Shown here piece after piece: positions 27,151 to 39,365 of a stretch of DNA of 64,000 nucleotides; the first letter of the stretch is position 1; each line of letters begins with the position of its first letter. Location of the stretch: assembly GCA_028023455.1 (NCBI GenBank), contig JAQFVV010000003.1, forward strand, positions 25,048,001 through 25,112,000. Reading direction: 5' to 3'. Origin of the DNA: Epiperipatus broadwayi. Its lineage: Eukaryota; Animalia; Onychophora. The notes beneath the pieces were generated by a model. It did not search any database. It worked only from the letters and a program-made list of their open reading frames with translations, and had not been told where the DNA came from. The position numbers and the translations under genes were made by a program.

Positions 27151-30100
27151 TTCCAAAGTCATTGATTGCATGATATTTCTTTCACTAATGATAAGATAAA
27201 CCACAAGATCAGCATTGACTACAAATCTCCAACAAACAATAATCATATTTTTTGCTTTTGTAATTAGTGCATCCATACTCGTCTGACCAAACCCAAATTA
27301 ACCTGAGATTTTTACTCTCTAACTAAAAATAGTTTGACATCCAATTACTGACCAATTCTAGATAACTAATTGGGTTGATTATGGATTAACTTTTTTAAAA
27401 AAAAATCCTGTGCTTACTATCAATTCTGGGGGAAGGGGGGAGGGAGTCAATATTAGCTGATTCAGATTTTGAAGTTGTAGACAGAAGTTAATAGTCATGT
27501 TAAGCTCTTTACTACAAGACCTATGATAAAAAGTATGATATATTTAAATTACCTACATATGCTAGTTGTATCCATGAACTTTGATCTTAATTACTAGATG
27601 AGAAGAATATGATATAATTGATAATTAAAATGTTTAATAGTTATATGAAATAATAATACAAGAGTTATCAATAGCATATAAAAATAACTATAGTAATGCA
27701 TTTTTATATCCAATGCTGTAAGTCATTTTTATCTGCCATCGATAACTCATGTATTATTTCATGTAAATATTGCTTAAATATATTTTAATTCTCAATTTCA
27801 CTGCTTTATTTTGCTAAGGTTAGCAAAGCCAACCTGCAGCTTTGCATATATTAATAGAATAATAAAAATATAAATATAAAAGAATAAAATGCAGTTATTA
27901 AAATATATTTCTAATTTTTACGTATAAGATGATATATTCTGAGCAGTAATAACTTCTTCATGTTTTATTATATGAATTTCATTTTTGATGTATTAAATAA
28001 CAAATAAAAATTTCCCTCACTAATTCCATTTCTCTAGCTGTCCCATCACCATTATTAGAAAGTTTGATAATTAATATATATTTATGAATTTCACCTTTCC
28101 AATTCTAACTGTCCCACGATTTAGTAGAATGTTTGATAATTAAAATATATTTATATTTTCCATTTTGAATTTTTGATGTAATGAATATCAAAAAAAATTT
28201 TTACTCTTTAGTTCATTTCTTTAGCTGTTGCCTAGCATTAATAGACGGTTGGATAATTAAAATATATTTACATACTATTTACATGAAATAATTATCAACA
28301 GCATTATCACAAAAAATACAATTTTTATTAAATTCAATAAACAATAATTTTAAAATAAATGATTTTGTATTTCTCATGTTAAAATATTTAAAATGATTAC
28401 AAAATTTTAATATCATCGCAATATATGAAAGTGAGAAATTAAATATCTTGTTTAACCAAAAACTATATTTTTCATTTAAAAAATTTCCGACTCTGTAATC
28501 TTTTAATCAGAGCTGCCTTCTTTTTGTTCTTTTACAGTATCATTGGAAAACAATTACAACATAGATTTTCCATACATTTTTATATTGCAAATTACAATTT
28601 TTTAAAAAATAATTAAAGCAAAAATTTATATGCTAGTAAAATTCTATATAAAAAGAAAATCATGTGAAGATTGGTGCAATATTTGTTGAATTATAAAATC
28701 ACAAACAAACTTCCATATTTATATATTTGTTTATGTTAGGATTAGTGCAGTGACATTCATGAGTCTGGTTCAGATTTACACTGAGATTTACTTTATTCTT
28801 CACAAAAAATTGCTGAATACCCATTTTCTGATCAACATTAAATTGTTTGCTGAATTGGTTAAAAGCAAGCTATCTGAAAAAAAAAAGTATGAGTCTATAA
28901 AATCCTTAACTATTTGAAAAATTTCCAGTTTCATTCTGGATTTAAATTCCAAGTCATGAACTTGATAAATATACATACTCTAATTTTTTACAACCATGAG
29001 GCTCTTGAATTTGGTGTTATAGATAACAATCAAATAACATTAAACATCAACAATGTGATGAGGGCTTTCTATATCTTTCTGCAAAGGGACAGTAAAAAAA
29101 AAACATAACTCACCAGGATAAACAAATACTAGTTAGTAATGGTTATATACATATATTTATTTTCTTAATAAGAATAATAAAATGCTTATTTCTAACTAAT
29201 AACTAGATATCTAGCGAGTTGGCTATGGACTGATGGCTACCTATAAATAAAAAAAATAAGCTTGCATGCAAACCCCAATTAGTTGGAAAAAATGTTTACA
29301 GTTTTAAATGGATTTGAATTCCAATTAATGGGCATGGCAAGCAAATTCATTAAGATTAATATAATTGCAAATTTAAGATGCCAGCATATCAAATAATTTT
29401 AAAAGGCATCTTTATCACACTATTTCACTGAATTATCAATTCATCTTCAATATATATATATATGTACCCGCACACAATATTTATACAGTATTGTAATAAC
29501 ATTTTTTTCAACACTCAGTTTTTTAAACATCTTTTTATTAAATCAATAACGAAGAAATGATTATTAAAAGAAAACTTTTAGCCGTTTTCTGTTTACAGAT
29601 ATCAGGCCGCAGTAGCTGCTTGCCCCTAGTTATTTACAGAATCTCTTAGTTTGTCAGACATATGGTCCAGGGAGTGAGCCAAGTATCCGTCTTCAACATT
29701 TATCACGCAGCTTGAAATAAATAATGACCATTGACCAATAATAGAGGTAGGGATAGAAGAAGAAAATTAAAAACAATACAAAATTTTTATTTGATAATCC
29801 TATTTTTTAATCAACTATCCTTAATTATATTAAGGGTCTTACTTTAAATAAATATAATAATCTACTCAGATTTACAGAATGCATTTCACAAACAGAGAAT
29901 ATTATTGTAGTGACCCTTAACTTCTTTGATTGCAGGTCATTTGAGAAGGTCAAATACACAATGCGGTAGGGAAGCAAATGAAAGCAAGCTTTTACTTTAA
30001 TGGTGGCAGAATATAAATTGCATCATTGATAAAAATAATTTATGATAATAATAATTATAATTTTCAATTTTCTTAGATGTAGAAGAGTTAGCATTTAGCA

Positions 30101-30241
30101 ATTAAAAAAATAATTATTTCAATCGCAATTTAACTATTGCAACTAAATTAGAAATACAACTTTATTTTTCTTATTGCATTACCAAATCCATATAATATTT
30201 ATTTACTTTATTATTTTTACAATACTTCATATAATTACAAT

Positions 30242-30290
30242 CCACTAATGACAGTTTCGATTGCCCCAACAATCTTCTTCAGTAATATAA
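30242..30290 (-). ncRNA. Minimal type I hammerhead motif, family D, in the 3' pseudo-LTR
   Basis: CTGAAGA-A-GATTG-TTGGGG-CAATC-GAAAC-T-GTC. Core intact, stem I poorly paired. Confidence 0.65.
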
Positions 30291-30578
30291 CAAACACAAG
30301 ATATGAATACAAATATACACGAACTTATAATTGTACATTATATATATATATATTCTATCTTATAAATATTATTCATATACCCACATATATCTTTATATAC
30401 CTCTATATATAATTATTATCTTTTTATATATATTATATTTTAATCTTTTTTTATATTTATCAATCAATGCTTTCTATAATCATATATATTATTTTTATTT
30501 CATTTATTTTTTATTTTATTATTTTGTTTATATTATATATTTAACTCTAACATTATATATTCATATTTTTATATTTTA

Positions 30579-30579
<1 letters not shown>

Positions 30580-30657
<78 letters not shown>
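30580..30657. repeat. (ATT)n microsatellite inside the Penelope element
   Basis: About 26 perfect units. Confidence 0.95.
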
Positions 30658-30659
<2 letters not shown>

Positions 30660-32688
30660 TTTCATTAACATTCAATATGTATAATTTTCTTTAAGCTATA
30701 TTATTTCTTTTTATTTTTATTACTAATTATTTTAACCTACTTTTTATTATTTTTAACATATTTTATACCTATCTCCTATTTATATTATCAAATCTTAATT
30801 GCTAACTATTCAAACTTTTAAACTTTACAGTCATACTTTGTAGATCCCTGTTTCTATTTTTTTATATAATTAAATCTATTTTTATTTTTAATCCCTACTA
30901 CTATTATTATTATGATTTTTTTATGTCAAAAATTTTTCAGGTTCAAATTTCTATTTAATATTGACTTAATATTATTAATATAAATAGCTTCTTTTATTTT
31001 TCTATCACTTTTATTAGTTGTAAATTGTATCATCTTTATACAATCCTTTCTAAAGTCATGCCCTGTTTCTAATGTATGTAAATATATTGGCAAATTTTTA
31101 TCATATTTATGTTGTAATAGTCTTCTATATAATAAATTTTTGGTTTTCCTACATAATTTATTTTTATATTATTAATTTGTCACTTTTTACAATTAATTTC
31201 CTATATTCCATTTATTTCATTATCTGAATTATTATTACTATACATATTTTCTAAAATATTAATCATATTTTCTCTTTTTTTATTAACTATTCTAATATTT
31301 ATTATATTATTAAATTTTTTATTAATTTTACCTATAACTTTATTTAAATTTTTAACTACAGTTATTTCCTGTCTTTATATCTACATAATCAATTTGATCT
31401 ATATTATTATTATTACTACTTTTTTTATTATTTATATAATCTATTTTATTTTCTATTAGCCTAATATTATCATTTATAAATTTATTTGGATAATCACTAT
31501 TTTTAAATTTTTTTTTTATTTAATTTATTTGTTTAACATAATCTTCTTTACTTGAATAATAATTTACTGCTCTATAATTCTAGAATGTATTGCATTTATT
31601 TTATGTTTGTATTTGAGTGTCAATTAGTCATATTATTATCTATGTTACTTTTCTTATGAATTGATATTTCAATCCTACATTTCCCTTCATTTGACTTAAT
31701 CAACTTTATATCTAAATATGTCAGTATATTATTATTCTCTTTTTCTACAGTAAACATAATATTTTTATTCATCCTATTAATATCTTCTATAAATAAATCT
31801 ATCTATATATTTTCATCCTATTAATATCTTCTATAAATAAATCTATCTGCCTTTGTGTTTTATTAAATATCAATAATTACTCATCTATATATCTTTTAAT
31901 AAAAATTGGAACATTATTATTCACTAACATTAACTTTTCCAATTCTTAAATATTACTCATTATTCCACTTAATGCTCTTCTATTAGTATATCTCTGTTTA
32001 TAAAACCTATTATTAAATTTAAACATTATTTCTTTGCAACATATCTCTGTTTATAAAACCTATTATTAAATTTAAACATTATTTCTTTGCAACATATTTC
32101 TATAATCTTTTTTAATGGTTTTACTGGTATATTTATTTTTTTATTATCCTTTTTATATCTATTAATTACTATATCTGTTGCTTTCACCACATTAATATTT
32201 GTATCCATTGATACAACATCCATTTTAATATTGTTAAATTATAATTATTGCATTTATTTATTAGATTTTTAATTTCACTTATTAAAATTTTATTTTTTTA
32301 TATATGATTTACAGGTAGTATTAATATATTTCTTTAACACTTTATTTGGCAATCATTTAAATACTTTATCATAATATGAACTATTACCATTAATAACTGG
32401 TTTTAATAATACACTTTCTTTAAAAATTGTAGGCCCTCCTTAAATTTTAGTTGTTATACAATCTTAAACTTCTAAATAATCAAATGCATTATAATCAATT
32501 ATAGGAAGTATTGATTGATAAATATAAAAAAGGTAAAATGTTTTATATGTAAAAAGGTAATAATTATATAGACAGGTAATATAAAGATATATGTGGGTAT
32601 ATGAATAATGATTATAAGATAAAATATATATATAATGTAAAATTTTATGTTCATATATATTTGTATTCATGTATTTGTATTGTGTTTA

Positions 32689-32737
32689 TTATGGTTCTGA
32701 AAAAGATTGATGGGGCAATCGAAACTGTCAATAGTAA
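32689..32737 (+). ncRNA. Minimal type I hammerhead motif, family D, in the inverted 5' pseudo-LTR (G8 mutated to A)
   Basis: TTATGGTT-CTGAAAA-A-GATTG-ATGGGG-CAATC-GAAAC-T-GTC-AATAGTAA. Stem I pairs at 7 of 8 positions, including G-U pairs. Confidence 0.65.
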
Positions 32738-34189
32738 GTTGTATTTATATAAAGTGTTGTAAAAGTAATAAAGAAAGTAAATGATATTAAACTGAATTAT
32801 TTATATATAAAGTAAATTATTTTGCCCACTTTGTTGTATTGCTGCAGAGTCCAGATATCCTAATAATATAACAAATATAAAGGCAATGGAACAATTTCAC
32901 TTAAAGATGATCTGACAATATTAAAAATGTGATAGCAAATGAATATTAACGAACTTCCTAAAAAGTATTATATAGTGAAGCAGAAGTTTTATGATAGAGG
33001 GAGCAATAAAATACTGCTTTCATTGAGAAGATATGGCTGAGGATAGTATTCAGTGATGAGTTACAATTAGATAAAGCATTAAATCATTTCAAAAAAATTA
33101 AACCCAAGCTATAGGAATATATTCTGTTTCATGGATTGATTTGCATAATCATAACAAAATTCATTTCTAACATTTTATGTATATATTCATAAATCTATTA
33201 TGCATACATGAAAATAATGATCTGCAGGATTGTATGTACAACAGTAGTTAAATTTTCCATTAATATTAACAGAAATCTTTATTTTAGCTAATATTATTTG
33301 CTGTAAACAGGTATGAATTTGCCAATAGTTTCAATTTGTGGTCTAACTTAAATCATCTATAGAGCAGGAGATCATAAAATGGGACAAGCATCAAATTTAA
33401 TATAACAAATGCTATGAGAATAAAAGAGAAAGCAGCATAGACATTAAGTAAATTAAACAAACTTTAATGAAGCATGCATGACACAGTAAGTTGGAAACAT
33501 ATATACTGTTATCAATAATTTGATCTGTCATACCCAAATTCCTAAGCATATTAAATAGTACAAACTATAAATTAATTAAATCTATCATTAAAAAAGAAAC
33601 CAAAATATAAATAAAGTTGGAATGTTCAAAAACAAAAATCTCTGGGAATATCAGGCGTATTCCTCTACCAAAAACAAAAAACCATTACCTGGAATTTTTA
33701 ATCTCCTTGATCCCAAATGTTTTTTGGAGTTGATATTTATAATTTTTTTTACTATTTATATTTTGATCTATTCTGTTTGGATGCAATTAACATCTCAAGT
33801 TAAATGCTTTCATATTTGATATTCCTTTTTCCTTAATAATTGCAATTTGACACATTAAAACTTTCCTAACATATATACGTATCTTTAAATACTCTTTTAA
33901 TGCATGTATGTTTGTATAATATTCACAAGTACTTTGTGAATACAAGGCTATGACATATGTGCATATTACTATACACATTTCATCATTGGGTTTATATAAA
34001 TTTAATTTGCTGTATATGAAATATTTTAAAATAATTATTGCACGTTCAAAATATATACACATAACACATATACCTTTTAATGATTATGGCAATGTTAATA
34101 AATTTATAATAAAAAAAAAGTGTTTTTAATAATATAATTGTTTAATATCTCACACAAATAAGAATACAGGTGAATATACATAATATATA

Positions 34190-36330
34190 TTTATAAGAGA
34201 CTTGAACTCAGCCTATTACACTCCCTACATCTATCCAATCCATCTTATACAATGGTCACATGACCACATACATGTGAAAAAATAAATGATCTCCAATATG
34301 TGTATTTTGTCTGAATCAGCACTCATAAGTTGGTCCAGATCACCATCTCCACACATATATACAATCACTGCTCAGTTTATATTAAGATAGCAAATCTTCA
34401 AACTTCAACTGACAAGCTTCAATGTTCTCCATTCTCCAACTCTTCAGCCATCCATTTCATTGAAAATCTGAGGATGTAATGCTCAAAGCCCTTGTTGATG
34501 CCAATATTATTATCATACATGACCTTAAGTCATTTTGACCCCTCACACATAGAACCTTAATGTATCCATTTAATTATACAGAAGAGGGATGGGCAGAATA
34601 CAGACTAAATATATAATATTTAAATATATTGTCTATAATAAACTTAGTGTAATTATAGGTTATTAATTAACTTATAATTATGTAATTAATGTAATTAAAT
34701 TTTGAAGGTTTGCTATCTTAATATAAACTGAGCACTGATTGTATATATGTGTGGAAGCTGTGATCTGGACCAACTGATGAATGCTGGTTTAGCACAAATA
34801 TATATTGTAACGTTTATTTATATACGTTGCAAATATATTGGCATTTGGTAAAAGCTAAAAAATAAAAGTAAATTTAGATTTTTTTTTTGACTAATTTTTT
34901 TTTTAAAAAAATAACCTACAGTGAAAGTTAAATTATTTTTTCGTTTTTTTTATGTAATTAGAAATAAAAGTTAGAATTGGAGAGAACAAAAGACACAAAT
35001 TACCAATCTAGATAAGAGAATGTAAAAATATTTCAACTAATTAAAGATGGCAGAATTATGCTGAAAAAAATAAAGACTTTGTAACATAAATTTTATAAAG
35101 AATATATAAGATTATCAACGTATATTTTGACAAACAAAAGATGTGCGCAGAAGTCTGAAAACTGGACCTCTAGTATAAAAAGGAGGGATTCGTTTGGAGG
35201 AACGTCTTGTTCGTTGGTTTCTCTAGTTGGTCTTGGATAACAATAATATATCCAAGATCGCTCTACGCTGAAGTAATTTGGCATGGCGGAGTGAACCGGA
35301 GCTTCTGAAGATGTATACCAGAAAAGCTTTCGTGACCGACTAGGAGAATGGACCACAAGATCAACTAATAATCAAAGGCCGTGAGCTCATTTTAACCCCG
35401 AAAAACTATGCATAGTTATCAACAACCATCATGAATTCACTAAAACTTACCGGTAAGTTATGCTTCATTATCCTGATTGTGACAAAAGTAACGTTTGCAA
35501 ACAATTCTTAAAAATATGTTTAAACAATTTCGATAGAGACATTAAATTTCTTGTGCAAGAGACATTCATTTTTAAGTAACTTTCTAGAAGAAATTTGGAA
35601 GTGAACTGTAATTGTAAAATTGTTTTTTATTAATTGATTCACGTCTAATTTAAGTGTGTTCTCTCCAATTTATTTGATTAATAATTTCCTTTAAACATTT
35701 TTTATCTATTAGAATAAAAATATTTCTAATACCAATTTTCATTTGTGCGTTATTAATAATAATTATTTTTTTTTTATTATTAGTCTAATGAGATTTAAAA
35801 CGTAATTACCTTTGCCAATATGTTTCAATAAGCCCAGGAATAATAATCTTAAAAAAATAATTCTCATTACAGTGTGATGTAATACCGATTAGTTTACAAA
35901 TATATTTTCTTTTTAATTTTCGAGATGCTATGTGATGGTTCAGTGGGTTCTTGCAGAACTCTGGCGCCTTTCAAATAAATTAAAAGCTGATGTCGTCAAT
36001 AGCATAATTCTCAACAATTACAAGGCCAAGTTGATCGGAAAATATAGCTATGTTTTTAATAGAAATTGAAATACAACTTTCTTCTTTTTGACATAGCTTG
36101 ATCAACTCGCGCACAATTTATATTAGCGTGTAGAGGCCTAGCAAAATGGAAAACGTTATAATATATTGGAGATCATTTATCTTTTTCACATTATGTGGTC
36201 ATCTGTATCAGTTAAATAAGATGGATTGGATAGATGTAAGGAGTTTAAAGTCTGAGTTCAAGTCCCTTATAATTACATTAAATTTAGTATAGACAATATA
36301 CATTATTTAAATATAATGATATATATTTAT
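34190..36330. repeat. HHR family B inverted-arm element; the right arm is split by a 1355-bp insertion
   Basis: Left arm ~34190-34410 has the HHR on (-) at 34286-34343. Right arm is ~34700-34805 plus 36161-36330, with the HHR on (+) at 34760-34805 continuing at 36165-36176. Both align to 2344-2675. Confidence 0.8.
34806..36160 (+). mobile_element. Probable Gypsy-type solo LTR (1355 bp)
   Basis: Termini TGTAACGTTT...AAACGTTATA (terminal CA decayed to TA) with a 4-bp ATAT TSD. Removing it restores the family B sequence. CpG-rich relative to the flanks, TATAAAA at 35174, no long ORF. The strand assignment is tentative. Confidence 0.7.
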
Positions 36331-36335
36331 GTAAA

Positions 36336-36600
36336 GGTACTTAGGTATTAATCCTGCAACATGGAGCACATATTAGACCTGCTGTACTTTTTCACATTCA
36401 TATCAATCTGCTGATAACTTTGTAATCTTGTGATCTGATCAAAATAATGTGTACATGGATCTTGTACATGATATTTTTCACAAGATTTGCAAAAAGTAAT
36501 GTGTACACTGATATTGTACATGATATTTTCACAAGGTTTACAAAGTTATCAGCAGGTTGAATGCATATGTGAAAGGGCATATTGCAGGACTAAAAATACC
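36336..36600. repeat. MITE-like fold-back with an internal tandem duplication; another matching right arm at ~37900-37963
   Basis: GGTACTTAGGTATTAATCCTGCA at 36336 is complementary to TGCAGGACTAAAAATACC (~36600) and TGCAAGACTAATACTTAAGTACC (37963). Confidence 0.55.
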
Positions 36601-38828
36601 ACTTTCATGCAACTAAAAATATAAAATATAGAGCAGAATTATATATGACTTTCACTCGAAAAAAAGTATAAATTTTGTAACAATAGTAAATGGAGTGGAA
36701 TTTAAATTAATAACAATAATAAAGATAAATGAATTTGAGCAAGAAATCAATATTAAAAAAAACATTTAAAAAAAATATTGATTTACCACACACAAATATA
36801 TACAACTTTCACATGAAAAACTTTAAAATTTATAACAATATATAAATCGATATTAAAAATAATATTTTAACAAAAAAATATTGATTTGCCATACAGAAAT
36901 ATATAACTTCACATTGTAAAATTTATAACAACATTAAAGATATAAATCCCCTCCCCCCAAAAATGATCTTAAAAGGTACATTTTCTTGGCCTCGAAAAAT
37001 ATGCAAAATGTTACTTTAAGTAAACACACAACAATCACTAAATTATTATTTTTTAAATATCATTTACAAAAAAACATAAAATATACACATATGCTACTTA
37101 TCGTCTAATATATAACAGGAATTGTTGCATTGAAACAAGAAATTTGGCATTTACTTTTTTGATACAAAATGGAGACCTAAACTGAAACCCCCCCCCCCCA
37201 TGGAATTTTACTAAACACGTGATTGTGCAGTAGATCAGCTGAATGAGATTTTCCACAGAAATGCTAATAAACGAATGTATTTTTTTTTAAAAAAAACCAA
37301 AAAATTCATAAAAATAAAGAAATATAAATTACAACATTTTTATTAACTTTTCATCCTGGCAGAAATTTTTTTTTTTATGTTGTTCAGTATGCAAATGAAT
37401 ACATCATTTTTTATGCAATCTATGCCACATAAATTAAGCCAGGTATAAGTCAAGGTATTGTCTCGATGTCACTCACTGCTGCTTATTTTGACATTTTGTG
37501 GAACCTCATAGTTTTTCAATGTTTTTTACATGAACCCCAGTTGCTGGATTCATGAAGTTATATCTGTGGTTCATGTGAAAATGATAATAACTGGCATTAG
37601 GAAGTTATGAAAAGAAAATCAAAAGGACAAAAAACAAACACTACATATATTTACACACTTAAAATCAAATGAACTGGAGTAACTCAGAAGTAGAACTAAC
37701 ATAGAAATACTTGCATGAAGCAAAAACGCAATTGAAATAAAGCTGTCATCAGAAAAAACTCTGGACAATAACTGAAAATGTTAAAATATCAATAAACAAA
37801 AGACTACATTTTGATAAAGAGAAACACATTTTCACATGAAATCAGATAACATTGCAGGGTTTATTACACTTAAATTTGATATGATTGCAAGATTACACAT
37901 TTTTTTGCAAATGTGAAAAGGCATATCATCTCCTCTACAGTGCAAGACTAATACTTAAGTACCAAGGTGAATATATAATTAAATGTTAAGCTTTTTGTCT
38001 GGAGCTATATAAAACTTGAAAACTTGAAATATGCAAGTTAATATGAAAAGATATAAGAAAAACCAAATTTATATTTAATAGCATTAAACTAGCTTTCAGC
38101 ATATTTTCAACAGAATCACAGTACAGAATAAAACCTTGCAGTTGAGAGTTCAAATATATGGTGAAATATGTAAATTTGTCCTAGTATGGAAATTATTATT
38201 CATAGCAACCAGCAAACAATCTTTATTATCTTAATAATATGTTTGCTTAAATAACATTTTTTTTATTTAACATAAATAAATAAATGGCTTTATTGTTTGG
38301 TGTTCATAAGAAGTTTGAGAACTGGAAGTAACAAAATTGGGATGCGACCTCGATGTGTGAATTTTCAGTTGTAGTTTCCACTCCACCACTATGCCAAATC
38401 AAATAGGCCACTTTAATTTGAATAATAAATTACAATAAGTAAATTAATACACACATTAGAAAATAAAATTAAAGAAAAAACACAATCTAATTTCTATGAG
38501 CATCATGCTTGATTTATTCTATTTTAATACAACGCCCCTGTTCAAATCAAACTTTTTCCTGAGTGGTATGGTATTGAGGTAGAGTGGTAAACCCTAAAAC
38601 TCAAGATCCATATATTGTGGTTCATCCATGCAGAGCTAAAACATTTAATAAAGTCCCGAGTGAGCTGAACTCTCACTATATATAATTAACCTTTACTTTT
38701 AAAAATCATAAATTGGTATCCATCTCAAACCTTGCAACTTCTGAGACTGTTATTGCCAAATAGCATATAGACATTTTCCCACCAATACCCAATTCTCTGA
38801 GTTTTCATTTTAAGTAAATATATATATA

Positions 38829-39365
38829 CAGGGCCTTTTCAGAGAAAATGTGAGGCACAGGGCAACTAATATTTTAAAGGTCCTTTAAAATTTTAAATAA
38901 GAACATGGGGAGAGAGGGCCAAAATCAGGATTCTGAGAGCAGTTAGTTACAAGTCGCAGAAATGAGCATGCAGATGAGATCCAGATAGCACTTGGATAGG
39001 GTAAATTCACTCTAGCACTTAGTATCATAAAACACTGTTAGCACAGAACTGACTGACAAGGGACTGAGACTATTAGTTCCATGATCGCCAAGCACTGCAG
39101 TCACTTTCGTCGCAGTCATCAAATTGGCACTGCATCCCTAAACTGGCTTATGTTTTTGACTCATGGTATGCCAGTTTAGAAAAGTTTTTCTCGAATATTT
39201 TTTTGGGGAATTTAACTGTAAAATTAAACCCGTTCTACAAGCCATGATATCACTTTGCCTTCTCCTATATTTTTGTTTAACATATTGAGTTGCCAAGTCG
39301 AGGCCCCTAATATTGCGAGGCCCAGGGCAGCTGCCCTTCTGTCCCCCCCCCCTCTGATTGGCCTG
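38829..39365. mobile_element. Non-autonomous hAT element with an 8-bp TSD
   Basis: CAGGGCC...GGCCTG termini with TATATATA on both sides. GC-rich subterminal GAGGCCC motifs typical of hAT MITEs. Confidence 0.8.

Larger units (their letters stand above)
30193..32790 (-). mobile_element. Penelope-like retroelement (RT + GIY-YIG endonuclease), decayed, flanked by ~320-bp inverted pseudo-LTRs
   Basis: Minus-strand motifs GGPTIFKESVLLKPV, FKFNNRFYKQ, RYIDE, FTVEKENNNILTYLDI, GI*EINC...VGKT, ETGHDF, DRKIKEAIYI. Segment 30193-30520 is the reverse complement of 32470-32790. Small tandem duplications at ~31765-31850 and ~31988-32093. Confidence 0.9.

Noticed and set aside
29111-29125. Possible 15-nt minus-strand microexon (TACTAACTAG acceptor, GTGAGT donor)
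   Set aside because: The branch-point motif directly abuts the AG with no pyrimidine tract, so it is likely chance.
30331-30684. Ile/Tyr-rich ORF (also 42043..42321)
   Set aside because: Produced by (ATT)n microsatellites and AT-rich pseudo-LTR sequence.
35093-35356. 87-aa ORF inside the solo LTR
   Set aside because: No homology recognised. ORFs of this length are expected in locally GC-richer sequence.
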